Source: Candidatus Woesearchaeota archaeon
Lineage (GTDB): Archaea; Nanobdellota; Nanobdellia; SCGC-AAA011-G17; GW2011-AR17
Length of the DNA stretch: 34,479 bases
Direction of reading: 5' to 3'
Assembly (NCBI GenBank): GCA_018302205.1
Contig: JAGVZZ010000017.1
Coordinates: forward strand, 1 to 34,479
A model generated the notes under the pieces. It had not been told where the DNA came from, ran no database searches, and saw only the letters and a program-made list of their open reading frames with translations. A program made the position numbers and the translations under genes. This document shows, piece by piece, positions 7,201 to 14,653 of this stretch; the first letter of the stretch is position 1; the number at the start of each line of letters is the position of its first letter.

Positions 7201-8660
7201 AAGTAAATAATTTTGTTTCAGGAAATTTTTCTTTAGATAATGAAATATTAAATAGTACAACCGAAACTTGGCAAATTAATTTTAATCGGAGAATGCCGAT
7301 GATTTATTTTACTGAGGATTATATGAATAACTATTCAGATGCTACAAAAACCATAGCTTTTAGTTCAAGTGAAAATGTATTTTGTCAATATAGAACACTA
7401 AATAGTAATTGGGGAAACATAAATAATACGGGTAAAACTGAACATTCTTTAGCAATAGATATTAATAATTATGGAAATTTTACTTATTATCTTAACTGTA
7501 ATGATAGCGGGAATAATTATATTAATAAGACATTTAGTTATTATGTATTTGAATTTACTGACGGGATTTATAATTTTACAGAATACAATTTTACAGCAAA
7601 TACCCGAACAATAATTAATTTGACTGAATCTGGGGGGAATCTAAGTTTTTTTGAAATAACAACAAAAAATGATATAACCTCAAAATTAGGAGTTATTAAA
7701 CATTTTTCAGATCGGAATCCAGAAAATTCTAGTTCTGGGCTGGGGGTTGAAAAGGTAGCTTTCTGGACCATTGTATTAGATGATAATTTGGTTTCTAATT
7801 TAACGGGAAATGTGACAGTGAGGTTAGTAACGACTGCTAATGATTTAGCTACTAGATTTATAACAAATGCAACATTATATTGGTTTAATCCTCAGACTTC
7901 AATATGGGAAGATCAAGGAATCGATGTAGACCTCGTAGCTAATACTGAAGTGACAATTAATACTAGCCGGTTTGGGACATATACACTTTCTGGAAGTCTT
8001 CCAGCAACACCTTTAACACCAAGGTCTACTACCCCGGAAGAAGGAGCATTAACTCCAGTAATTATTCAGCCTGAATGTTATTCAGATACTGATTGCTATG
8101 AAGGGTATACTTGTCAAAACTATTACTGTGCCCAAGGAGAATATAATTCAGAAGAAATGGGAGAATCTGGACAATATAATGTCGGAGCACAAACAGATTT
8201 AATTCAGGAGATTGGAGATTTGACAGGGATTTTAAGATCGGCAGATTTAATTGGGGGAGGTAATTTCTTATTAATGTTAGCTTATGTTTTTATTATTGGT
8301 GGGGCAGTATTTTATGGATATAGGATTGGTTTGGCCTTAATATTAAAAATGCAAATGAAAGGGAAAATAAAAATTGAGGATATAGAAAAAAATATTGATG
8401 AGGGTATAAAATATTATACCTATCACCATATAAATAATCTAAATCTAAAAGATGAACTTTTGAAGGAAGGTTATTCTGAGAGTCAAACTGAAAGTTTGTT
8501 GTTAAAAGTAAATAAATTGGGTAGAGGGAAATTTGAGGATTATATTTATAAGAGCCTAGCAAAAGGGGATAGTGAACAAGAAATAATAAAAAAACTAACT
8601 GAAAAAGGTTGGGATGAGATAAAGATAAAAAAAGAAATTGAAAATTTTAAAAATATTTAA
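4242..8660 (+). CDS. Giant surface protein with three LamG/concanavalin-A-like lectin domains, an N-terminal signal anchor and a C-terminal TM helix
   Basis: 1472 aa. There are three LamG signatures: WNQIVLTYDNQNISLYLNG...GQIDEVAIYNKSLSEAEI; WNYVVITHSSENLTKIYLDG...GSIDSFVVYNRTLSSDEV; WHHIAVNWERYGNITLILDG...GVLDELRISR. It also has about 60 N-X-S/T sequons, a P/T linker, a Cys-rich knot and a TM segment LLMLAYVFIIGGAVFYGYRIGLALIL. Confidence 0.8.
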   Translation: MDEEIRKGVAKGLLMSAIQQNKPYWKKEITAIIIVSLIVIMIFTNFKYTGKVISEFDYGELEDTTAYDFWTLGNSSGTLQIDYVFVEPTQKYINETYYCFNGSVTNDVSSLLYLWYINGSLKTDLNTSTVVSGLRNFTTHDYLECGIIPQDSSLVAYWPLDEGSGVAFKEVVNNNSGASTTADWKKGRNHNSVNISLNNHYDVTTPTGLNLTNNFTYEIWMYPRSISTAGIIDNSNTVYIRSANQKIEGYLKISESSPTLKIVSPDSISLNQWNQIVLTYDNQNISLYLNGQLQNKTNLTGNMDVFSGNIALGRLIDAPSQYLEGQIDEVAIYNKSLSEAEIESHYNRGIVILSKDNTLILDVTEPNFLNGTLTNVTYSSSAGGLILSNCSTNNYCTQGIYTSSIKTINDNDYDAELFYGIKPISNGNISFEVRTGIKGDNGSINWGDYSGGDYSSNEDPSKILALSFSEGKSNTTQNSVTQEKYNLRYTDFSPKGKSGTALKFFETGGIVINDYQNLRLNYYNYSIEFYFLPHNAKNMEVFNKLVYSLNTNASLNLIYNTTCDGGLNYSIISNETLNLDKWNYVVITHSSENLTKIYLDGKLVANENSNSIITSSSSIFVLGYGGTSSTFNGSIDSFVVYNRTLSSDEVLNRNNSLNPQGGYFDSNDYIQYRATFSTTDTTQTPTLTNASIRLQNHTVFVYHSTPYNSVLSYFTNNSNISSELNSSIFNWSVGSILEAGDSLYYEWALYNYSNFSKFVDSNLGINNYSRPDYTDPQTLLVEHFDFKEELYNHGWLIKGSETSTLGRYNNGLRLDQSGGYLENSLRTIHSNEGSIEFWVMPYWSPSDGQTNYFFDHETGGLSLNRTGSQLLYSVGTENRSFITYNISNWNTNEWHHIAVNWERYGNITLILDGTQVNTTQIERISSFNDQAFYLGSNADITTSNIILNGVLDELRISRILRKDYSSLSVQAFNLSLSNISDGTYYWKVNNFVSGNFSLDNEILNSTTETWQINFNRRMPMIYFTEDYMNNYSDATKTIAFSSSENVFCQYRTLNSNWGNINNTGKTEHSLAIDINNYGNFTYYLNCNDSGNNYINKTFSYYVFEFTDGIYNFTEYNFTANTRTIINLTESGGNLSFFEITTKNDITSKLGVIKHFSDRNPENSSSGLGVEKVAFWTIVLDDNLVSNLTGNVTVRLVTTANDLATRFITNATLYWFNPQTSIWEDQGIDVDLVANTEVTINTSRFGTYTLSGSLPATPLTPRSTTPEEGALTPVIIQPECYSDTDCYEGYTCQNYYCAQGEYNSEEMGESGQYNVGAQTDLIQEIGDLTGILRSADLIGGGNFLLMLAYVFIIGGAVFYGYRIGLALILKMQMKGKIKIEDIEKNIDEGIKYYTYHHINNLNLKDELLKEGYSESQTESLLLKVNKLGRGKFEDYIYKSLAKGDSEQEIIKKLTEKGWDEIKIKKEIENFKNI

Positions 8661-10126
8661 TTTGATTCAGGTTTCATTGTAGGGAAGAAGATTACTTCTC
8701 TAATAGATGCTGCATTTGTCATTAACATAACCATACGATCAATACCTAAACCCAAACCACCAGTTGGAGGTAGGCCGTATTCTACAGACCTTAAGAAATC
8801 TTCATCCATTTGTTGAGCTTCTTCATCTCCACCACGACCACGCTCTGCTTGCTCTTCGAATAATTTTCTTTGCAAAATAGGATCAGTTAATTCTGAATAT
8901 GCATTACCAATTTCCCAGGTATTAATGTAAGGTTCAAACCTTTCAATTAAATCTGGATTTCCTCGCTTTAATTTACATAAAGGAGAAGTTTCTTTTGGAT
9001 GATCAGTGATGAATACAGGTTGGACTAAATGTTTTTCACAAAACTCTTCAAATAATAATACAATTGCTAAACCTCTCGGGGTTAAATCCATTTTGTATTC
9101 AATTCCATTTTTGTCAAGTAAATCGTAGATATCATTATCCGAAAGTTTTTCTACATCAATCTGAGCAAACTGTTTCAAAGCTTCATACATAGTCATACGT
9201 TTCCAGGGTTTCTTGAATGAAATTTTTGTCCCTTGATAATCTACTTCAGTTGTACCAAGAACTTTCATTGCAATGGATTCATAAATATCTTCAGTCAAGA
9301 CCATCATATCATTATAATCCGCACCAGACCAGTAGCATTCCATCATTGAAAATTCAGGATTATGTGTTTTATCAACACCTTCATTTCTGAAACTTTTTGC
9401 GATTGTATATACTTTTTCATAGCCCCCAACAATTAATTTTTTCAAATATAATTCCGGTGAGATTGAAAGGAATAAATCTAAATTCCAAGCATTAATGTGG
9501 GTCTTGAAAGGCCTTGCACTTGCTCCACCATAGATGGGTTGTAAAGTTGGGATTTCCACTTCAGTAAAACCTTTCTTATCCAAGAATTCACGCATTGCGG
9601 AAATTATCTTACTCCTTTTTAGGAATATTTCTTTTACCTCAGAATTAGCAATTAAATCAACATATCTCTGTCGATATCTGATTTCGGAATCTTGTAAACC
9701 ATGAAATTTTTCAGGTAATGGACGAAGAGATTTTGAAAGTAAAACAAACTCTGCTGCATGGATTGTGACTTCACCTTTTTTAGTTTTAAAAACTATACCT
9801 TTAACTCCAATTATATCACCAATATCCAAAAGTTTGAAAACATCATAATTTTTTAGTTCATCTTCTCTGAAATAAACTTGGACTTTTCCTTCTTGATCTT
9901 GTAAATGAGCAAAAGCTGCTTTACCCATATCTCTCAGGGTCATTATTCTACCCATAACTGAGTAAACATCTTTTGTACTCTCTCCTTCAGCTAAGTATGC
10001 ATATTTTTTTAATAAGGGTTGTGAGAATATGTAATCTTTAAATGAATAGGGATAAGGATTTACACCTAAGTGTTTTAATTTTTCTAACTTGTCTAATCTT
10101 TCTTGAATAAGTTTATTCGTTTCCAT
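8657..10126 (-). CDS. lysS: Lysyl-tRNA synthetase, class II
   Basis: 489 aa with an N-terminal OB-fold region. The class II core motifs are present: SFRNEGVDKTHNPEFSMMECY and GGLGLGIDRMVMLMT. Confidence 0.93.
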   Translation of the reverse strand: METNKLIQERLDKLEKLKHLGVNPYPYSFKDYIFSQPLLKKYAYLAEGESTKDVYSVMGRIMTLRDMGKAAFAHLQDQEGKVQVYFREDELKNYDVFKLLDIGDIIGVKGIVFKTKKGEVTIHAAEFVLLSKSLRPLPEKFHGLQDSEIRYRQRYVDLIANSEVKEIFLKRSKIISAMREFLDKKGFTEVEIPTLQPIYGGASARPFKTHINAWNLDLFLSISPELYLKKLIVGGYEKVYTIAKSFRNEGVDKTHNPEFSMMECYWSGADYNDMMVLTEDIYESIAMKVLGTTEVDYQGTKISFKKPWKRMTMYEALKQFAQIDVEKLSDNDIYDLLDKNGIEYKMDLTPRGLAIVLLFEEFCEKHLVQPVFITDHPKETSPLCKLKRGNPDLIERFEPYINTWEIGNAYSELTDPILQRKLFEEQAERGRGGDEEAQQMDEDFLRSVEYGLPPTGGLGLGIDRMVMLMTNAASIREVIFFPTMKPESN

Positions 10127-10147
10127 TTGTATAAAAATATTTAGAGA

Positions 10148-10702
10148 TTATTTAAAGGTTTTTATGCGGAAGAAACGGCAATTAGATGAATCCCGGAGAG
10201 TGTATACTGAAAAAGGATAACAGGAGCCCATTTGTTCAAAAACTTGGCCTTCACTTAAATAAACCGCAGTATGAAACAAATCAAAAAAAACACGAAATAA
10301 ATCTCCTTGTAAAGTCTTTTTTCCCATAGCCACAATACAATCTGGTTTTGGTGAAGAAATTTCTTCTACATAATCACTAGTAAGAAAACTATGCATTGAA
10401 TCTGGACAAATATAACCTGGAGACCTTCTTCTTGAGGGAAATAGATTATTTGGATGAGATTGAAATAAACCCTCTAATCCAGAGACAAATGCAGTAGTTC
10501 CAAAACAATTAGAACAAATCATCTGTTGCCTGAATTCATAAGGAGGAGAATCAACCAAACCAGTTTCTAATAATTCTATAAACCCTGTTTCATGCCAAAA
10601 ATGGGTTGTAGCAAAATCGGAATTAGCAATGAGATATTCGATAGGTTCTCTAAATCTGGACTTAGAAATTACTGCTCTTTGAGGATCGGAAATATAAACC
10701 AT
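10148..10702 (-). CDS. Hypothetical protein, possibly a papain-fold (NlpC/P60-like) enzyme
   Basis: 184-aa ORF, 21 nt upstream of lysS on the same strand. It contains CSNCFGTTAFV and, later, QGDLFRVFFDLFHTAVYLSEGQVFEQ. These loosely resemble the Cys and GDL..F...H..IY.G.G motifs of NlpC/P60. Confidence 0.45.
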   Translation of the reverse strand: MVYISDPQRAVISKSRFREPIEYLIANSDFATTHFWHETGFIELLETGLVDSPPYEFRQQMICSNCFGTTAFVSGLEGLFQSHPNNLFPSRRRSPGYICPDSMHSFLTSDYVEEISSPKPDCIVAMGKKTLQGDLFRVFFDLFHTAVYLSEGQVFEQMGSCYPFSVYTLRDSSNCRFFRIKTFK

Positions 10703-10736
10703 AATAAAAAATTTTAATAGAATTATTTAAATGTTT

Positions 10737-11237
10737 TTACAAGAACTTTAATGCTAATTTTAGTGGGGCTAATTTAAGTTTATTAAAGAAACCTACCCCT
10801 TCCAAAGTAATATCGCCATTATCTAGGCTTTCTTTGATATTAAACGTCCCTTGGATATTTGCCAATAATGCAGGATCGTTGATATAAACATTAAAATCTG
10901 GGTCTGAGAATTCACTTTCCTGCAAAGTATCGATTTTGCCCTCTTTGATTATTAATAAAAATTTATAATCATTGTCTAGAATAAGGTTAATTTTTTCTTC
11001 ATTTAAGAAATAATCTATTGGTGATGGGATCTGGGAATCAGAATTAAAATCGTCTTTTATCTCAGGAAGTTGTGTAATTAACGCTTCTTTGAAAAGTGCA
11101 ACAATTTCTTCATCAGAAAGGGCACTTTGGTCCATTCCTTCAAAATCCGACATTGAATGGGAACGCATTAAATCAAAGTTTGCGGAAACTAATGGTATTA
11201 ATATTAATATTAGTAAAAGAAGAGTAAATTTTTTCAT
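10737..11237 (-). CDS. Secreted hypothetical protein
   Basis: Signal peptide MKKFTLLLLILILIPLVSANF. A TATA-like tttatataa lies about 28 nt upstream of the ATG. Confidence 0.6.
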   Translation of the reverse strand: MKKFTLLLLILILIPLVSANFDLMRSHSMSDFEGMDQSALSDEEIVALFKEALITQLPEIKDDFNSDSQIPSPIDYFLNEEKINLILDNDYKFLLIIKEGKIDTLQESEFSDPDFNVYINDPALLANIQGTFNIKESLDNGDITLEGVGFFNKLKLAPLKLALKFL

Positions 11238-11311
11238 TGGATTACTATTTATTTGAAGAGTTTATATAAGTTTTGGAAAGTTATTAAAGGAAGCTTTTCT
11301 TATCTTTAGTT

Positions 11312-11497
11312 ATGGAACAAGAAAAAATGTTTGAAGTGAAGTTTGTTATTAAAAATGGGAATATAGGTACTAAAGTTGAAACGAAAAATATTTCACCACA
11401 AGAATGTGTAGGATTATTAGAAATTGCAAAACAACAAATCATTAAAGATTTAGAAAAGAGTAAAAAAGAACTTTTTAGAGGGTCCAAGAATGAATGA
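11312..11497 (+). CDS. Small hypothetical protein upstream of HIT
   Basis: 61 aa. It overlaps the HIT start by 8 nt on the same strand, and an AT-rich box lies about 27 nt upstream. There is no recognisable motif. Confidence 0.35.
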   Translation: MEQEKMFEVKFVIKNGNIGTKVETKNISPQECVGLLEIAKQQIIKDLEKSKKELFRGSKNE

Positions 11498-11891
11498 TTG
11501 TATATTCTGTAAAATAATTAAACAAGAAATTCCTTGTTACAAAGTTTATGAGGATTCAGATTGTTTGGCTTTTTTAGATATTAATCCAATGTGTAAGGGG
11601 CATACTGTGGTTATTCCAAAAAAGCATTATGCTTTGATTACGGAGATGGAAGAAAAAGATTTGTCTTCTTTGATGAATGGAGTACAAAAAGTTGCAAAAG
11701 CTTTAATGGATTATGGAGAGAGTGTGAATATCATTCAAAATAATGGGCCTTATGCTGGGCAAGTAATTAACCATGTGCATATACACGTTGTTCCAAGAAA
11801 TAAAGATGATGGATTACATTTAGGACAATGGAGAACAACCAAGTTTGAGAATATGGATGAGATTAAAGAAGAGATTAAAAAATTATTTTAG
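11490..11891 (+). CDS. HIT-family (histidine triad) nucleotide hydrolase
   Basis: C.FCKII N-terminus and the histidine triad NHVHIHVVPR. Confidence 0.9.
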   Translation: MNDCIFCKIIKQEIPCYKVYEDSDCLAFLDINPMCKGHTVVIPKKHYALITEMEEKDLSSLMNGVQKVAKALMDYGESVNIIQNNGPYAGQVINHVHIHVVPRNKDDGLHLGQWRTTKFENMDEIKEEIKKLF

Positions 11892-12238
11892 TCGTTTGTT
11901 CCTTCACGTCCGTATTTATCTTCTAATCTTATAATATCTTTTTCGTCCCAAAGGCCATAAAGGATTTCTAAAATCTTAACGGAGGTTTTAGCTTCAAATC
12001 GATGTAATTGGGTTCTTTTTACTGAGAGTTCATCACCAGGCTTAACATCAAAGTATTCTTCACCAATTCTAAATGTACCTTCACCTTCAAGGATTTTAAA
12101 GAACTCATCCCTATGATTATGGTATTGTAAACTCCATACACCACCTGCGATAAAATGATGGATCTTTACTGTAACTTTTTCATTGTCTGCATAGACTTCA
12201 TACCGACCCCAAGGTCTTTGAACTGTTTCTTTTGGCAT
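11888..12238 (-). CDS. Cupin-domain protein, type II phosphomannose isomerase-like
   Basis: RPWGRYEV...SLQYHNHRDEFFKILEGEG...GD...V....HR matches the ManC C-terminal cupin pattern. Confidence 0.75.
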   Translation of the reverse strand: MPKETVQRPWGRYEVYADNEKVTVKIHHFIAGGVWSLQYHNHRDEFFKILEGEGTFRIGEEYFDVKPGDELSVKRTQLHRFEAKTSVKILEILYGLWDEKDIIRLEDKYGREGTND

Positions 12239-12333
12239 AAGAGATTTATCAGAATTTTATTTATAATATTTATGGAATTGAAATAATTTTAGTCTTCACA
12301 ATATTTTTAAATCAGGTTTAGGACATTAGAAGA

Positions 12334-13707
12334 ATGATAATTTCAGTAGCAGGTTCGGGTTTTGTGGGATTAGTACACGGTGCAGTCCTTTCAAAACAAG
12401 GTCACAAAGTTATTCTTTTTGATATTAATCAAGATAAAATAAATTCAATAATTAATTTCTGTGAAGGGAAATCAAATGATTTGCCAATATTTGAAGAAGG
12501 ACTTCCAGAGATATTAAGGACATCGTATAAAAATAAATTGATTGAGTTTACAACGGATTCTAAAAGAGCAATTAGGGAATCGACATTTGTATTCATTGCT
12601 GTTGGGACACCACCAGATGCAAATGGGAAAGCAGATTTATCTTATGTTGATTCTGTTGCGCATAAAATTGGAGAAGTGTTGAAAGAAACGCCTTCGTATA
12701 AAATCATTGTAAATAAAAGTACAGTTCCGGTTGGGACAGCTAGACGAGTAAGAAAAATTATTGAACAATATTATCAAGGTGAATTTGAAGTAGCATCAAA
12801 CCCCGAAACGTTAGCTGAGGGTAGAGCTGTAATGGATTCTTTGTATCCAAATAGATTGATTGTGGGTGTAGAATCAGAGAAAGCAAGAAAGCTATTCGAA
12901 GAATTGTATTCATCACTATTTTCACCGGGGCAATCTAGAATACATTTCATGGCTCCAGAGAGTTCAGAACTGACTAAATATGCATGTAATACTTATTTAG
13001 CGTCACAAGTTGCATTGACAAATGTTTTTGCGAATCTGGCTAAAAAGGCTGGTGCAAATTGGAGGGAGATGATCCCTGCGGTTCTAGGAGATGAGAGGAT
13101 TGGTAGATTTGTTCACCCTGGTTTAGGATTTGGTGGAAGTTGTTTTATGAAGGATGTATCACAATTGTATAACACTATCAAAGAGATTGGTGGATCAGAA
13201 CAGGATTTTCAATTATTAAAGCAAGTTCTAGAACAAAATGAGAATCAAAAGATGCAATTGAATATTGTCCTGGATAGAATTTATCCTGAATTGAATGGTA
13301 AGAAAATTGCTGTATGGGGATTAGCATTCAAAAAAGATACCAATGATATTAGAGAAGCTGCTTCATTAAAAGTCATTCCAGATTTGTTGAAAAAAGGTGC
13401 AAAAGTAATCGCACATGATCCGCAAGCTTCAGAAGAGTTTATGCATGAAATGAAAAAATTGAATGTGGATACAACGAATTTAATGATAGTTGAGGATATG
13501 TATGAGGCTACTAAAGACTCTGAGGCATTATTAATTTTGAATGATTGGAAATTGTATCGGAGGCCAGATTATAACCAGCTTAGGAGTAATTTATCTAAAA
13601 GATTAATCCTAGATGGAAAAGATGTCTTTAATTATGAATCTATAAAAGAACAGAAGGACTTTGAATATCATTGTATCGGTCGGCCATCGGTGAATATTTT
13701 GTTGTAA
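12334..13707 (+). CDS. ugd: UDP-glucose 6-dehydrogenase family (nucleotide-sugar dehydrogenase)
   Basis: N-terminal Rossmann motif AGSGFVG, then VGTPP, KSTVPVGT, NPETLAEGRA, the catalytic-Cys motif GFGGSCFMKD, and GLAFKKDTNDIREA. Confidence 0.88.
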   Translation: MIISVAGSGFVGLVHGAVLSKQGHKVILFDINQDKINSIINFCEGKSNDLPIFEEGLPEILRTSYKNKLIEFTTDSKRAIRESTFVFIAVGTPPDANGKADLSYVDSVAHKIGEVLKETPSYKIIVNKSTVPVGTARRVRKIIEQYYQGEFEVASNPETLAEGRAVMDSLYPNRLIVGVESEKARKLFEELYSSLFSPGQSRIHFMAPESSELTKYACNTYLASQVALTNVFANLAKKAGANWREMIPAVLGDERIGRFVHPGLGFGGSCFMKDVSQLYNTIKEIGGSEQDFQLLKQVLEQNENQKMQLNIVLDRIYPELNGKKIAVWGLAFKKDTNDIREAASLKVIPDLLKKGAKVIAHDPQASEEFMHEMKKLNVDTTNLMIVEDMYEATKDSEALLILNDWKLYRRPDYNQLRSNLSKRLILDGKDVFNYESIKEQKDFEYHCIGRPSVNILL

Positions 13708-13712
13708 AAACC

Positions 13713-13720
13713 TTTATAAA
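13713..13720 (+). promoter_or_regulatory. TATA box for the tRNA-Met gene
   Basis: cctTTTATAAAacc is centred about 30 nt upstream of tRNA position 1. Confidence 0.5.
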
Positions 13721-13746
13721 ACCCAAAATAACTTTTTTTCTTAATT

Positions 13747-13820
13747 GGCACTGTAGTTCAACCTGGTAGAACACTAGTCTCATGAGCTAGTTGTTGGGGG
13801 TTCAAATCCCCCTGGTGCCA
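13747..13820 (+). tRNA. tRNA-Met (anticodon CAT; could alternatively be an Ile2-type CAU tRNA). No encoded CCA.
   Basis: Manual cloverleaf: acceptor GGCACTG/TGGTGCC (two G-T pairs); D arm GTTC-aacctggta-GAAC; anticodon arm CTAGT-ctCATga-GCTAG; variable loop ttgtt; T arm GGGGG-ttcaaat-CCCCC; discriminator A. Total 74 nt. Confidence 0.88.
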
Positions 13821-13832
13821 TTATTAATTTCT
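13797..13832 (+). repeat. att-like repeat copy A (T arm and 3' acceptor strand of tRNA-Met plus 12 nt downstream)
   Basis: ggggttcaaatccccctggtgcca ttattaatttct. This is the reference copy for copies B, C and D. Confidence 0.8.
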
Positions 13833-14041
13833 AAAAATTGTTTTATTTCAGAAATTTTTCTAGGATTAAGAGAAATATGTTCTGAAGAATCTTTGCCTGT
13901 TCTTTTTACAAAAAGTAAAATCCATTCATCATTATTTAATTCTTTCAAAGCAGTGCCTATTTCTTTTTTACCTTCTTTGTATAAAATTAATAGTCAGAAT
14001 GAATTTTTCTTCACAGTTGATTAAATTATATGACAAAATGA

Positions 14042-14093
14042 TTTTACAAGAATTATGTATGCATACGCCATGCTCACACACCTTCTTGTAAAA
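14042..14093. repeat. Nested palindrome / stem-loop in the non-coding part of cassette 1
   Basis: Perfect 11-bp inverted arms ttttacaagaa (14042-14052) and ttcttgtaaaa (14083-14093). They enclose a perfect 10-nt palindrome gtatgcatac (14057-14066). Confidence 0.7.
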
Positions 14094-14152
14094 AAATTTA
14101 GCTTCGATATCAAGTATTTAAATTTTGAAAAATTTAGCAAAAGTTTTTATTC

Positions 14153-14563
14153 TTATAAATTTCTAAGTAATTCTTCAAGGGTATCCTTTACCTTTTTATT
14201 TTGTTTTGCTAAATCTTCTGCTTTTTTAACTCTATAGTCCTTAAGTACTCTTATATATATGCCTGATATAACAACTTCATTCAATTTGTTAACAGGAATG
14301 ACCTTATATTCTTCAAAACATACAATTAAACTATATACAATTGAATCTGATGCATCATCACCAGCAAAAATAGGGCTTCCATATTCTATTCCTCTTCTTA
14401 TTTGAGCAGAAACATTAGGGTTTATAGACGTAAAAATCATACCAGAAGAGCCATTGTTACTAATAAACTCTTCATCATATTTCCAATCTTCAAAAGCAAT
14501 ACTTTCTAGCTTTTTACAAACTATTTCTGCTTGAGATATATCCAACCCATATATTAGTTCCAT
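14153..14563 (-). CDS. Hypothetical protein (cassette 1), divergent from the TrmB-like gene
   Basis: 136-aa ORF. A TATA-like ctatatta lies about 28 nt upstream of the ATG. No recognisable motif. Confidence 0.55.
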   Translation of the reverse strand: MELIYGLDISQAEIVCKKLESIAFEDWKYDEEFISNNGSSGMIFTSINPNVSAQIRRGIEYGSPIFAGDDASDSIVYSLIVCFEEYKVIPVNKLNEVVISGIYIRVLKDYRVKKAEDLAKQNKKVKDTLEELLRNL

Positions 14564-14599
14564 TATAATCGGATGAATAAAGCTAAACTATATTAGAAC

Positions 14600-14621
14600 T
14601 TGTTGTAACTCAGAACAACAA
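14600..14621. promoter_or_regulatory. Candidate operator: inverted repeat TTGTTGT-N8-ACAACAA
   Basis: Perfect 7-bp arms at 14600-14606 and 14615-14621. The site sits between the two divergent TATA-like boxes, directly 5' of the TATA (tttattaatta, 14624-14634) of the TrmB-like gene. Confidence 0.5.
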
Positions 14622-14653
14622 CATTTATTAATTACTTCTTCTTCATAAAAATT

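Noticed and set aside
10148-10702. The higher-GC ORF could be evidence of recent horizontal transfer.
   Set aside because: The GC difference I could count by hand is modest and based on three 60-nt lines. It is not enough for a transfer claim, so I report it only as a compositional oddity to be computed properly.
13802-13993. A minus-strand open frame of 63 codons (..KKEIGTALKELNNDEWILLFVKRTGKDSSEHISLNPRKISEIKQFLEINNGTRGI*) reads through the att copy into the tRNA. It could be the N- or C-terminal remnant of an SSV-type integrase split by integration.
   Set aside because: It has no in-frame ATG and no motif I can relate to tyrosine recombinases. The equivalent frames at copies B-D are closed. 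I kept it only as something a profile search could test.
13791-14024. The listed 77-aa plus-strand ORF.
   Set aside because: It starts inside the tRNA gene, has low-complexity hydrophobic content and no promoter or SD. It is most likely spurious.
14055-14237. A 60-aa plus-strand ORF in cassette 1.
   Set aside because: It overlaps the 3' end of the 136-aa minus-strand gene and the palindrome region, and it is low-complexity F/S/K-rich. It is likely non-coding.
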